Source of the DNA: an uncultured Candidatus Saccharibacteria bacterium
Lineage (GTDB): Bacteria; Patescibacteriota; Saccharimonadia; Saccharimonadales; Saccharimonadaceae
Direction of reading: 5' to 3'
Length of the DNA stretch: 64,000 nt
Assembly (NCBI GenBank): GCA_963549275.1
Contig: CAUUYA010000004.1
Span: 37,697 to 101,696, forward strand
Numbering within the stretch: position 1 is the stretch's first letter; each line of letters starts with the position of its first letter. Positions 37,483-47,674 of this stretch are shown piece after piece. The notes beneath the pieces are model-generated. The model saw only the letters and a list, made by a program, of their open reading frames with translations, was not told where the DNA came from and did no database searches. A program made the position numbers and the translations under genes.

Positions 37483-40131
37483 TTACACTTCGCCCCAGTT
37501 ATTGCCTATTTTAACGTCGACTTTGAGCTTAATACCGAGCTGCGGATAGATATTTTCCATAGTCTCTACCAGCATTTTGCTGACTATTTCGGCGTTTTGG
37601 CGCGGACATTCAACCATGATACTATCATGGATTTGCAAAATTTGGTAGCCGAGCGGGGTATTCTTGTCTGTAGATATAGACTTGCTGCCTGAAGAGACTT
37701 GCCTTTCCGGCAAGGCGAATTCGTTCTTTTCGAATTTGCCGGTCTCTGAAGGTAGCAAATCTGGGCTTGTCATTATCGTCAGTCGCTTCTCTACCGCCAG
37801 CATCGCCAACTTCATCAAATCCGCCTCGGTACCTTGTATCGGCATATTAGCTGCTGCGCGCTCGGCAGCCGAGCGAACAGCAAAATTATTCGATCTGACA
37901 TCGGGCGTCGGCCGGCGCCGGCCAAACAATGTCTGCACAAAGCCGTCGCCGTGCGCTTGGCGAATCGTTCGTTCCATAAATTCTTTGATGTGCGGACGGA
38001 TACGATAATATTCGTCGATGAAATGCTGCGCCTCGCCGTAACTCATATTAGCGGCTACTGCCAAACCATGCTGGCTCATGCCATATAATACACCAAAGTT
38101 CACCACTTTAGCGCGGCGGCGCTGGGTTGGCGTCACTTCATTAATCGGCACATTATAAACTTCAGCTGCCGTCTTGGCGTGAATATCAACGTCGGTATTA
38201 AAATCTTCAATCATCTGTTTTTCGCCAGCCATCACCGCCGCCAGGCGCAGCTCAAATTGCGAATAATCAGCATTTACGAAAACATTGCCAGGTGCTGGCA
38301 CAAAAGCATCGCGAATCTGCCGCCCCAGCTCAGTACGAATCGGAATGTTCTGCAAATTCGGGTTAGTGCTCGACAGCCGCCCAGTCGCTGTCGCATCTTG
38401 GTTAAACGTTGTGTGGATATAGCCGTTAGCGTCCGTTTGCTCTGGTAAGGCTGCCACATAGGTATTCTGTAATTTCGACAGTTCGCGAAAACGCTCGACC
38501 AACTCAATAATTGGATGTTGCCCGCGCAGCTTATCGAGTTCCTTTTGGTTGGTTGAATAACCAGTTTTGCCTTTTTTGATACCGGCTGTCGGCAAGAGCA
38601 GCTTATCAAATAGCGCGCTAGCCAACTGCGCCGGGCTGGCGACATTAAATTCGTAACCGACCATATCATAAATATTTTGCTGAACCGCTGCAATCTCTTG
38701 CGCTAATGATTTATTCATTTTTTCGAGTTTGCTGGCATCAATCTTGATGCCTCGAAATTCCATTTGCGCTAAAACATTAATCAATGGAAAATCCATCGTC
38801 TGCGCCACCTGCTGGAGGTCGGGCAGCTCAGCAAACGCCGACTTTTGTTGTTCATAAACTGCCCACAGCGCTGCCATCGCCAATCTTGGGTCGTCCAAAG
38901 ATTCTACGCCCGCCAAATCCGCTAATTCGCGCGATTTGCGCAAAGGATTTAACAAAAATGAGCCCTGCGCGGTATCGTGTTTAACAATCGGCAATTGCTG
39001 GCAACCAGCACCGAGAAGTGCTTTGAAAAACTCCTTGGTATCGTGGCCAACTATCGAAGCTTCTGCTAAAATAGCGCTTGCTTTAGCCAGCGGCAAGCGG
39101 GCGACCTTGCCTTTTTCATGGCTCAGCCAAACCATATCACCATCCCAAATTACCAGTAATTCTGGCGCCATTACCAACATCGGGATGACTTTATCGCCCG
39201 ATATTTCAACAGCCGGCGCAAGAATATTATTTGGAGTCACTTCCGAAGAACTGTCGCGCATGTGTTGTGGTAATTTTCGCAACAATGAGCGAAACTCCAG
39301 CTTTTCGAGTAACTCTCGCAACTTTGCCGTGTCTAAGTCGCGTACGTCCATCGCTACCAAATCAAGTTTCACTGGAGCATCGGTGAATAGCCGCGCCAAC
39401 TCCCTACTCATATAGGCAGATTCTTTGCCGGTTTCTAATTTGCGGCGCAAACTGTCTTTAATCTGCCATAGATTCTCATAAACACCGTCTAGCGTTTCAA
39501 ATTGTTGTAGTAATTTGACGGCTGTCTTCTCGCCGACCCCTGGCACCCCAGGGATATTATCCGACGAATCGCCTTTCAAGCTTTTCAAGTCGAGAAATTG
39601 GCCAATCCGAATACCGTAGCGCTTTTCAAATGCTGGAATGTCAAATTTATCAATGTTAGTCAGGCCTTTTTTGAGTGCATAAAGATATGTATTTTGATCG
39701 AGAATTTGCAGCGCATCCAAGTCGCTAGTGATCAAATATGTTTCGATGCCGCCGTGCTGTTCAGCCTGCTTGTCTAGCGTTGCCATGATATCGTCGGCCT
39801 CATAATCATCAAATTCATATAGCGGCCAGCCAAAAGCCGCCAGTAGCTCGTGCAAAATCGGAATCTGTGCATAAAAATCTGGCGGCGCTGGTTTGCGCCC
39901 GGCCTTATAATCAGGATAAATCGCCAACCGGCGGCGAATATTCGTTCCTCGTTTATCCCACGCTACGCAGACATAATCCGGGTTAAGTTGCTTAATTAAT
40001 TCCAAGCTCAGCGCCGCGAAACCATACACGCCGCCTGTCGGTGTCCCGTCTGCGGTCGACAACCCAGGCATAGCATAATAACCGCGATAGAACACGCTTT
40101 TACCGTCGATAATCACCAAGCGTTTGGCCAT
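37483..40131 (-). CDS. polA: DNA polymerase I with an insertion before motif C
   Basis: 5'-3' exonuclease ('IIDG', 'YEADD', 'GDSSDNIPGVPGVGEKTA'); motif A 'DYSQFELR', motif B 'RRRAKVVNFGVLYG', motif C 'QIHD'. Confidence 0.97.
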   Translation of the reverse strand: MAKRLVIIDGKSVFYRGYYAMPGLSTADGTPTGGVYGFAALSLELIKQLNPDYVCVAWDKRGTNIRRRLAIYPDYKAGRKPAPPDFYAQIPILHELLAAFGWPLYEFDDYEADDIMATLDKQAEQHGGIETYLITSDLDALQILDQNTYLYALKKGLTNIDKFDIPAFEKRYGIRIGQFLDLKSLKGDSSDNIPGVPGVGEKTAVKLLQQFETLDGVYENLWQIKDSLRRKLETGKESAYMSRELARLFTDAPVKLDLVAMDVRDLDTAKLRELLEKLEFRSLLRKLPQHMRDSSSEVTPNNILAPAVEISGDKVIPMLVMAPELLVIWDGDMVWLSHEKGKVARLPLAKASAILAEASIVGHDTKEFFKALLGAGCQQLPIVKHDTAQGSFLLNPLRKSRELADLAGVESLDDPRLAMAALWAVYEQQKSAFAELPDLQQVAQTMDFPLINVLAQMEFRGIKIDASKLEKMNKSLAQEIAAVQQNIYDMVGYEFNVASPAQLASALFDKLLLPTAGIKKGKTGYSTNQKELDKLRGQHPIIELVERFRELSKLQNTYVAALPEQTDANGYIHTTFNQDATATGRLSSTNPNLQNIPIRTELGRQIRDAFVPAPGNVFVNADYSQFELRLAAVMAGEKQMIEDFNTDVDIHAKTAAEVYNVPINEVTPTQRRRAKVVNFGVLYGMSQHGLAVAANMSYGEAQHFIDEYYRIRPHIKEFMERTIRQAHGDGFVQTLFGRRRPTPDVRSNNFAVRSAAERAAANMPIQGTEADLMKLAMLAVEKRLTIMTSPDLLPSETGKFEKNEFALPERQVSSGSKSISTDKNTPLGYQILQIHDSIMVECPRQNAEIVSKMLVETMENIYPQLGIKLKVDVKIGNNWGEV

Positions 40132-40202
40132 ATTTATATTATACGCTATCTAAGGGCCGTTACTTACAAGCGAATATAGCCATAATCATGTATACTAAGG
40201 TT

Positions 40203-40784
40203 ATGACATCACAAGAAAAACCAGCCAAGATTTTGGCATTCGTCGGGCTGCCTGGCGCCGGCAAAACCGAAGCAACCAATTTCGTAGCCGCCAAAGGTTT
40301 TCCCAAAATCTACGGCGGCGGCATTTTGTACGACGAAATGCGCGCCCGAGGCGTTGAAATCACGCCCGAATCGCAAGCCGAATTTCGCAAACAGTGGCGC
40401 GAACGCGACGGCAAAGACGTTATCATCCGCCGCGCTGCCGAGCAATTACACCGCTTAATTGATGCTGGCCAGCATCGTTTATTGTTCGACGGGCTCTATT
40501 CCTGGACAGAGTACAAGTTTCTAAAACACGAGTTTCCTGGCGAGCTCATCGTTGCCGCCATTGTCGCACCAAAACATTTGCGCCACCGCCGTCTCGCAAC
40601 TCGCCCCGAGCGGCCATTCACTACCGAACAAGCTAACCAGCGCGACTGGTCAGAGATTGAAGATATCGAAAAAGGCGGACCAATAGCTATCGCTGATTAT
40701 TATTTAATTAACGACAGCGATATCACTGCGCTATACGCCAAGATTAATTCGCTACTCAGTACAACTGGTTTTGTTAACGTATAA
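40203..40784 (+). CDS. P-loop nucleotide kinase (dephospho-CoA/adenylate kinase-like, UPF0200-type)
   Basis: 'VGLPGAGKT', 'DGLYSWTE', 'RDWSE', 'ADYYLIND'. Confidence 0.8.
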   Translation: MTSQEKPAKILAFVGLPGAGKTEATNFVAAKGFPKIYGGGILYDEMRARGVEITPESQAEFRKQWRERDGKDVIIRRAAEQLHRLIDAGQHRLLFDGLYSWTEYKFLKHEFPGELIVAAIVAPKHLRHRRLATRPERPFTTEQANQRDWSEIEDIEKGGPIAIADYYLINDSDITALYAKINSLLSTTGFVNV

Positions 40785-40799
40785 CACCTAAAACCAAAG

Positions 40800-41777
40800 T
40801 TATTGCAAATAAGTATAAAGTTTTTTGGCGTCTTTATGCTTGCGTAGCTTCGCTAGCGCCTTAGCTTCAATCTGGCGAATTCGCTCGCGCGTCACCGCAA
40901 ATTCCTGGCCAACCTCTTCAAGCGTATGGCTCTTGCCGCTATCTAACCCAAAGCGCATCCGGACGATCTTTTGTTCGCGATCGCTCAGCGTACTTAGCAA
41001 ATCTTTAACTTGTTCCTTTAACAGCTGGTTCGAGGCCGATTCCTCTGGACTAATCGTACCTTCATCCTCAATGAAATCGCCCAGCACCGACTCGCCTTCG
41101 TCATCGCCGTCGCGGCCGACACCAGCATCCAAGCTCGAAATGTCCTGCTTGATTTTCATGACATATTCGACTTTTTCTGGTTCCATCTCTAGCTCTTTAG
41201 CTAGCTCTTCAATCGTTGGCTCGCGATTCAGCTCCTGCGTCATGCGCCGCTGCGTGCGCAGCAATTTATTGATGGTTTCCACCATATGAACTGGAATACG
41301 AATCGTTCGCGCCTGATCAGCAATCGCCCGGGTAATCGCCTGGCGAATCCACCAGGTGGCATAAGTCGAGAATTTAAAGCCTTTATCCGGATCAAATTTT
41401 TCAACCGCGCGCAACAAACCAGTGTGGCCTTCTTGAATCAAATCCAAGAAGTCTAAGCCGCGGCCCGAATACCGCTTGGCGATCGATACCACCAGGCGCA
41501 TATTTGCTTCGGCCATTTTATCTTTGGCTTTTTTGTCGCCTTCTTTGACGCGTTTTGCCAATTCCAGTTCTTCTTCGGCGCTCAGCAGCGGGATTTTGCC
41601 AATCTCGCGCAAATGCAGCCGCACTGAGTCGTCCGAAATATCGTCGAAATATTGATTAGCATTGAGTACATCTTCAGGAGTATCTTCGTCCATCAAATCG
41701 TTGATATCAGGCTCATTGATGTCTTGATCTTGTATGTTGTCGTCAGATGGCTTCTGCGCTTGGTCGTCGTTTGTCAC
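40800..41777 (-). CDS. rpoD: RNA polymerase primary sigma factor (compact)
   Basis: '[11 protein letters not shown]', '[13 protein letters not shown]', '[31 protein letters not shown]', '[13 protein letters not shown]'. Confidence 0.96.
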   Translation of the reverse strand: MTNDDQAQKPSDDNIQDQDINEPDINDLMDEDTPEDVLNANQYFDDISDDSVRLHLREIGKIPLLSAEEELELAKRVKEGDKKAKDKMAEANMRLVVSIAKRYSGRGLDFLDLIQEGHTGLLRAVEKFDPDKGFKFSTYATWWIRQAITRAIADQARTIRIPVHMVETINKLLRTQRRMTQELNREPTIEELAKELEMEPEKVEYVMKIKQDISSLDAGVGRDGDDEGESVLGDFIEDEGTISPEESASNQLLKEQVKDLLSTLSDREQKIVRMRFGLDSGKSHTLEEVGQEFAVTRERIRQIEAKALAKLRKHKDAKKLYTYLQ

Positions 41778-43503
41778 GAGCTTTCTCCTTGATTATGTTA
41801 TTGAGTGCCGCACGCAACTCTCTAGCCGCTGCCTCATCGCTAGCAGCTTCAGCATCGCGTAACTTAGCTAATAATTCTTGTTGAGTTTGTTTGTTATGTT
41901 TATCCTCTTTATCCCGCAGCAGTTGGCACATCGCGACATAGCGATCGCCGCTATTCCATGCTGCATAACGCTCCTCAGCGCGCAATGATACCATTTTTAC
42001 ATAAATATCAGCTTTTTGCAACTTTTTAGGGCGATTTTGCGGATTATCTTCCTCGAGTAATACCGTCGCTAATAGCTCTCGCTCGGCACTACTCCACTGC
42101 TGGCGGCTGGCGCGGCGCAATTCTTCCAAGCATCTAGCATCATAAAGCGCCAAAGCCAAAATGTTATCCTCTAGCACCGCCTGTTCGTTCTTAATAATCG
42201 ATACATCTGCAACAACGGGTTTGAAAGTTTGTTTCTTGACTGGCTCACCAGCTAATTTTTGGCGCACCGCCTCCTCGCTAGTATGCGACATAGCAGCTAT
42301 CCGCTTGATATAGTATTCGCGCTCGACGGGGTCAGCTAGCCCGCGCACTACTCGCAGTGCTGCCGTAGTAAAAGTTCGCCGGCCAACCGCTGTATCCAAA
42401 TCACAGCGCCCGGCATGCTGGCGCAACACCCATTCGACAGCCGGCTCGCTGCGAATTACCGCTTCGCGCCACGCCTGAACACTCGATTTGATCAATTCAT
42501 CTGGATCTTTAGCGCCATCTGGCAACGAAATAATTGTTAGCTCGACACCCTCATGCGAGGCCAGCTCAATTGCCCGCTCGGTCGCTGCCACACCCGCTTT
42601 ATCGCTATCATAACAGAGTCGAACATCGCTGGTCAGCCGTTTGACCGCTTTGAGATGATTTTCAGTCATCGACGTGCCAGCAGTCGCTACTGTTTGCGCT
42701 ACGCCCGCTTGGTGGCTGCTAACTACATCCAAGTTCCCCTCAACCATCACTACGAAGCCACTTTTGCGGATCGCCTCTTTGGCTTGGCTCAATGCGAAAA
42801 TATGACGACCTTTATCATACAGTAAAGTCTGCGGCGTATTCAGATATTTCGGCGCATTCGGCACATTGCCAATAATCCGCCCAGTAAAGCCAATTACTTG
42901 CCCGCCCTGATCCATCAACGGAATCATCATTCGACCACGAAACAAATCCTTGCCATAGCGGTTTAATAGCCCCGCGTCGTTGATCTCCCGTTTAGTAAAA
43001 CCTCTTTTTTCGAGCGCCGCTAGCAACGCCGTGCCGCTATCCGGCGCATAACCAATCTGAAAACTTTGAACAGTTTGCCGCGACAATCCTCGCTGCTTAA
43101 AAACATATTCAATCGCCTGCTGGCTACGCAATAAACTCTGTTGGAAATATCGTGCTGCTAGCTCGTTGGCTGCCAACAGCCGCTTTTTGTAGGCGCTGCG
43201 CTTCTTGGCACCAGCCGATTGATATTCGCTGAGGTCAACTCCAGCTTTGCGCGCCAAAAATTCCATCGCCTGGCGAAAATCCATCCCCTCAGCCTCCATC
43301 ACAAAAGCGAAAACATCGCCGCCTTTGTTGCTCGAGAAATCATGCCAAATATTTTTTTCAGGACTTACGAAAAAGCTAGGCGTTTTTTCGCCGGTAAACG
43401 GACTTAACCCCTTATAGCTGCGCCCTGCCCGCTTCAGCTCAACATATTCGCCAATCACATCTTCGATATTGAGCCGCGAACGAATTTCCTCCTTGGCATC
43501 CAT
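41743..43503 (-). CDS. dnaG: DNA primase
   Basis: 'PKYLNTPQT', Toprim 'VEGNLDV...DSDKAG', 'KDPDE'; N-terminal zinc-finger region degenerate (LSPFT, HDFSS). Confidence 0.96.
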   Translation of the reverse strand: MDAKEEIRSRLNIEDVIGEYVELKRAGRSYKGLSPFTGEKTPSFFVSPEKNIWHDFSSNKGGDVFAFVMEAEGMDFRQAMEFLARKAGVDLSEYQSAGAKKRSAYKKRLLAANELAARYFQQSLLRSQQAIEYVFKQRGLSRQTVQSFQIGYAPDSGTALLAALEKRGFTKREINDAGLLNRYGKDLFRGRMMIPLMDQGGQVIGFTGRIIGNVPNAPKYLNTPQTLLYDKGRHIFALSQAKEAIRKSGFVVMVEGNLDVVSSHQAGVAQTVATAGTSMTENHLKAVKRLTSDVRLCYDSDKAGVAATERAIELASHEGVELTIISLPDGAKDPDELIKSSVQAWREAVIRSEPAVEWVLRQHAGRCDLDTAVGRRTFTTAALRVVRGLADPVEREYYIKRIAAMSHTSEEAVRQKLAGEPVKKQTFKPVVADVSIIKNEQAVLEDNILALALYDARCLEELRRASRQQWSSAERELLATVLLEEDNPQNRPKKLQKADIYVKMVSLRAEERYAAWNSGDRYVAMCQLLRDKEDKHNKQTQQELLAKLRDAEAASDEAAARELRAALNNIIKEKARDKRRPSAEAI

Positions 43504-43557
43504 ACATTTTAGTATATCACTCTTTACCTCTGTTATCGGTTGTGGTTAAATATAGGT

Positions 43558-44457
43558 ATGAATCAGGACCCTTACACCAATCCGCAACAACCGTATTCGC
43601 AGGGTTCTGCTAATAATTTACCACCAGAAAACCCGCAGCAGCCAGCCGCACCGTATAATCAAAGCTACGGCCAACAAGTACCCGGACAGCAAACATCTAA
43701 CCCGTACTACTATAGCCAAGCCGTCCAGCCGCAGCAGCCGACATACTCACAGCAAGCACCCAGCCTGGCAACTAATCAGCCTGATCAACTACCGCAAATT
43801 AACCAAACCGCGCCATCGTACGACACTGGACCGCAGCCGCTAAGCACCTTCCCAGTTTACGCCAGCAGCTCGGATGATGATTATAATACCGTTGACTACC
43901 TTAACCGCATCGCTCCGCAAGAACAGCACACCATCAATCGAATCGCTATATTTGCGCTCATTGGCACTGTTATTGCTAGCGTTATCATCATTTTGATTCT
44001 AATCATCAACCCTGGCGCATCTGATGCCAACAGTCTGATCCAGCCGATCCGCGATCGCACCGATACGCTGAACAAAGTCGTCGACGAAAACGAAGGCCGC
44101 CTGACGCAGACTGAAATTGCCGAGGCCAACACTGCACTCAACAGCACCCTGACGACCATGCAGACTCGGCTAGACGCCATCATCAAAGAGCGCAAAATCC
44201 AGAAAAAATCCTCTAGCACCGAAAAAAGCTACCTAGAAGCCCTGCAGAAAAAGCTCAACGATTCCTACCAAAAAGGCAAGCTCGACAGTAGCTACGCCAC
44301 CGCCATGACTTACGAATTAACCATTTTAAAGTCGCAACTCAACAAGCTTAAAAAGGTTAGCGACTCCAAATCAATCCGCTCGTTCTGCGACGAATCCATT
44401 AATAATATCAATGTTATTCTCAAAGCTTACCACGACTTCGCTTCAACCAAGCAGTAG
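43558..44457 (+). CDS. Hypothetical membrane protein (Gln/Pro-rich N-terminus, 'DYLNRIAP', TM, helical domain)
   Basis: 299-aa ORF with a single TM. Confidence 0.75.
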   Translation: MNQDPYTNPQQPYSQGSANNLPPENPQQPAAPYNQSYGQQVPGQQTSNPYYYSQAVQPQQPTYSQQAPSLATNQPDQLPQINQTAPSYDTGPQPLSTFPVYASSSDDDYNTVDYLNRIAPQEQHTINRIAIFALIGTVIASVIIILILIINPGASDANSLIQPIRDRTDTLNKVVDENEGRLTQTEIAEANTALNSTLTTMQTRLDAIIKERKIQKKSSSTEKSYLEALQKKLNDSYQKGKLDSSYATAMTYELTILKSQLNKLKKVSDSKSIRSFCDESINNINVILKAYHDFASTKQ

Positions 44458-44460
44458 CAG

Positions 44461-44799
44461 CTATTCCGTCACCAGCCGATAACTTAACCGCGCCAGATCA
44501 AAAAGTTCTTCGTCGCTGAGCTGGCCGCTGCAAATCACCGTAATCCAGTGTTTTTTATTGAGATGAAAGCCTGGCTGAACCGATTCGTATTTTTGTTGTA
44601 ACTTTAACGACAATTGCGGATCGCATTTCAAGCTAATCCGTAACGGTTTTGAATTTTCGGCTATCAACGCAAACATCTTTTCGCTTTGGCCAGCATCTTT
44701 GCGGCCGACTTTGTACACAGCCACCTTATCGCCAAACGGATAGTCCAACCAGGCGCCTGGCAAACTTAGCAAAAACTCTTCAAACTGTTGGTGCATCAT
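44461..44799 (-). CDS. MmcQ/YjbR family protein
   Basis: 'DYPFG...VYKV...KMFAL...SLKCDP...PGFHLNKKHWITV...SYRLV'. Confidence 0.9.
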   Translation of the reverse strand: MMHQQFEEFLLSLPGAWLDYPFGDKVAVYKVGRKDAGQSEKMFALIAENSKPLRISLKCDPQLSLKLQQKYESVQPGFHLNKKHWITVICSGQLSDEELFDLARLSYRLVTE

Positions 44800-45662
44800 A
44801 GCCATTTGCTCCGTACAAAGTATACCAGCATCAATATCGGCAAAACGACCAGCAGCGCCATCGTTATCCAAAACATTACATCGCTATGAAACGGCAGCTG
44901 CGAAAAATTCATGCCTGCCAGACCCGTCAAAAAAGACATTGGCATAAATATCGTCGTTACAATCGTCAAACGCTTCATTACATCATTCATTCGGTTGGAC
45001 ACCACCGACAGATACATATCCAGGGCGCTAGTTAGCAGATCGCGCATGGTATCGATCAGCTCGTGAACGCGCCAAGCGTAATCGTAGCTGTCGCGCGCAT
45101 AAATCGCGCACTTTTCATCAAAAATACTATACCGGCCGTTACTCAAGCCATTTAGCATATTCATCAGCGGCAAAATCACTTTGCGCAAATCCGCCAATTG
45201 GCGCTTATACACAAAAAGCTGCTGCAACTGGTGCTTGCCCGGATCGCGAATCATTGTATCTTCTAATTGATCGGTTACGTCGTCAATTGAATTAAGAATC
45301 GGCATATATTGCTCGACTGTAAATTGAATCATCGTTGCTGCGATTAGCGACGGCGACAGAGCGCCTGGCCGGTACGCTTCAATCCGCTCGGTAACCTCGC
45401 TATCTAATTCGTCGCGGTGCAAGGTGATAACTTTGTTTTTGCTGAGCAAAATCGTCAACCCCTGCCAATGGACATTGCGGCGTTCAATGCTCGGGATTTC
45501 CGCCTTAATCATTAGCCAATCGCCGCCTTCGACCGCTTGCGGCAGCCAACGGTTTTCAATCAAAATCCGCCGCTGCAACTCCGATAAGTTTAATTTTTCA
45601 ATTAAACTTTGCCGTACTTCTAGCGAATCCTCGCTGATATCATGCCATATTTTATCTGTCAC
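44796..45662 (-). CDS. corA: CorA-family Mg2+ transporter
   Basis: 'MNDVMKRLTIVTTIFMPMSFLTGLAGMNF' (GMN motif), two C-terminal TMs. Confidence 0.92.
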   Translation of the reverse strand: MTDKIWHDISEDSLEVRQSLIEKLNLSELQRRILIENRWLPQAVEGGDWLMIKAEIPSIERRNVHWQGLTILLSKNKVITLHRDELDSEVTERIEAYRPGALSPSLIAATMIQFTVEQYMPILNSIDDVTDQLEDTMIRDPGKHQLQQLFVYKRQLADLRKVILPLMNMLNGLSNGRYSIFDEKCAIYARDSYDYAWRVHELIDTMRDLLTSALDMYLSVVSNRMNDVMKRLTIVTTIFMPMSFLTGLAGMNFSQLPFHSDVMFWITMALLVVLPILMLVYFVRSKWL

Positions 45663-46210
45663 GCTTTCACCTTCTTCAAATAATATTGTAACTCCATGAT
45701 ACTACCGCGAATATCCTTCAGCGCCCGATGATCCTCTGGTTTAGCAAATTTCTTGCCATATTTGCCCTCAAACACTACTTTCCAAGCACTGACATCCAGC
45801 ATCCGATAGTGTAGTTTTTTTGACAACGTAGGCCACCACTGATCGATGAATCGCCGGTCTTGGTGAATAGAATTGCCGCCCAGTAAAATCCGTGATTCGC
45901 CCGCAAAGTATTCATCGCAAAACGCCAGCAAATAATGCTCCACCTCGGCCAGCGGCTTACCCGAGGCATTTTGTTCCTCCAAACCACGGCGCGCCTCCGG
46001 ATGTTCATTCCAAAAGCTGGCGTTCCGATCCAGTAGCTGAGCCAGTTTCGCCGGATCGTGCCGCACCACGCCCTGATACGTCGCCATCTCCGTAAAATCC
46101 CAATCGGTAACGATCGCCGCCACCTCCAAAATCTCATCATGCACCGGATCCAACCCGGTCATCTCCAAATCCACCCATAAAATCTTTTTTGGCTTGAAAC
46201 TAGCTTTCAT
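45659..46210 (-). CDS. orn: Oligoribonuclease
   Basis: 'WVDLEMTGLD', 'GNSIHQDRRFI', 'HYRMLDVS', 'HRALKDIRGSIMELQYY'. Confidence 0.95.
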   Translation of the reverse strand: MKASFKPKKILWVDLEMTGLDPVHDEILEVAAIVTDWDFTEMATYQGVVRHDPAKLAQLLDRNASFWNEHPEARRGLEEQNASGKPLAEVEHYLLAFCDEYFAGESRILLGGNSIHQDRRFIDQWWPTLSKKLHYRMLDVSAWKVVFEGKYGKKFAKPEDHRALKDIRGSIMELQYYLKKVKA

Positions 46211-46291
46211 ACTTCTAGTATACTACTTTTTGGTATCGTAGTAATCTCTAGAAAACTGTTCCGGCACCTGCTGCAGCAAACGCTCTAATAC

Positions 46292-46324
46292 AAAGAAAAT
46301 ACCCCTCCTGGCGCGAAGAGGGGT
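46292..46324 (-). terminator. Terminator of structured cassette A
   Basis: Minus strand ACCCCTCTT-CGCGCC-AGGAGGGGT-ATTTTCTTT. Confidence 0.75.
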
Positions 46325-46393
46325 CTGCCGCCCCGGCGAGAGTTGCGGCCAAGAAAGGCCAGGCAACCCCCGCCGGGGCGGGGTGGGAGGTGG

Positions 46394-46726
46394 TTATCGC
46401 ATAGACTTAGGCGGCAGAAGCCGCCAAGTCTCGTGGATGACCCTCCAAGGATCGAGGCCGACGTAGAGAGCCGGCACCTCGATCCCCTCGTAGGTAATGC
46501 TTCTCAGGCATCCAATGCCTGAGAAAGAGAATTTCACCCTAATGAAGCCGTCACCCAAAGACGGCTCCATTAGGGTGAAAATATATACGGCGACAGGCCG
46601 GCGTACACCGACCTGTCGCTTAAGCCCCAAGCTCGGCACCCCCAGGTGCCGAGTCGGGAGTGCATCAAGAACCCCCTCAACAAGGGGGGGGAGGAGTTCC
46701 TGATCCTCCTTCTGCTCTTCGGCCAT
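46394..46726 (-). CDS. Hypothetical 110-aa protein within cassette A
   Basis: ATG preceded by SD-like GAAAGGGG; no family recognised. Confidence 0.55.
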   Translation of the reverse strand: MAEEQKEDQELLPPLVEGVLDALPTRHLGVPSLGLKRQVGVRRPVAVYIFTLMEPSLGDGFIRVKFSFSGIGCLRSITYEGIEVPALYVGLDPWRVIHETWRLLPPKSMR

Positions 46727-46981
46727 CTCGACCCCTTTCTGCCCCGTCCGGGGCTATAGTGGAGCTCGATCCGTTACCGAGCTCTCTTTAGCGCCGTGAA
46801 AACCACCATTTCACAGTACTCAAGAGAGCTCGAATCCTACCGTCTTATGCTATATTCTAAAATGCGCCAGAGGCCGATCATCGACCAGCCCCTCGTTAAT
46901 ATTATAACACACTATTGTAGGTATTACTAGAATATTTACCAATATTCGCTGGCGGTACTCAACCCGCTTCTCAACATCAGA

Positions 46982-47659
46982 CTACATCCGCTTCTTGCGC
47001 CGGAGATTCTCATCTAACCAGGCATAGCGAGCAGCTAGCCATCCTAAATACTCTTCTGCAGTAGATAATCTTGGATATCTCTCATCTATACCACCCTCTC
47101 GGCCGTCCACAATAATTGCCCTATCAGACCACAGTCTTTCAGCTTCTGCTCTTTGTTCGGAAGTGACTAACGACGGATCACCCGGTTCGCCGCCTCCCGC
47201 ACCGCCAGTGTGAGCGGTTGCTACTTCCCAAAAAAGGTTGTTAGGACTGTGACTACCGACACCCCTTAGCTTGGTAACTACTGTTACATCGATTGTTGTC
47301 TGAATATCCCCTTCAGCAACATCTTCTTTAGAGATCAGCTGCGAATAGCCTGAACGACCTTTTCTTACTGCATAAAAAACGCCACCTCTGTTGCTATCAT
47401 CAATGCAAACTAGTCCGTTACTGAACGTATATTCAGTTTCTTTGGTGTGAACAATTTTTCTATCATCTAGCTACGGTTGTATTTCGGCAATCACCCTTGG
47501 CAAAACGACTTCAAAATTTGCTCGCTCAACAGGGTCTGCTGGATAATGTATATGTGAACGTGCTGAGTCAAACCTGTCGACGACAGGCTGTCCATCTCTG
47601 AAGTAGCCAACAACTGGCCGGCTGCGGCCGCTGATAATCAAACTTTTACGTTGTTCCAT
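46982..47659 (-). pseudogene. Hypothetical protein (~225 aa) interrupted by one in-frame TAG
   Basis: SD GGAGG, ATG 47659; after the TAG at 47473-47471 the frame stays open for ~160 codons (LDDRKIVHTK...FYAVRKGRSGYSQL...TAHTG...EPGDP...LWSDRAII...) to TAG at 46982. Confidence 0.75.
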
Positions 47660-47674
47660 GCTTTTGGCCTCCGA

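Larger units (their letters stand above)
46292..46895 (-). other. Structured cassette A: ~600-nt GC-rich transcript folded into a chain of hairpins and carrying one 110-aa ORF
   Basis: At least 10 stems, e.g. 46328-46381, 46404-46430, 46450-46484, 46501-46525, 46532-46580, 46590-46619, 46632-46653, 46778-46832; mismatches mostly resolve as G-U on the minus strand; -10 TATAAT at 46906-46901. Confidence 0.75.
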
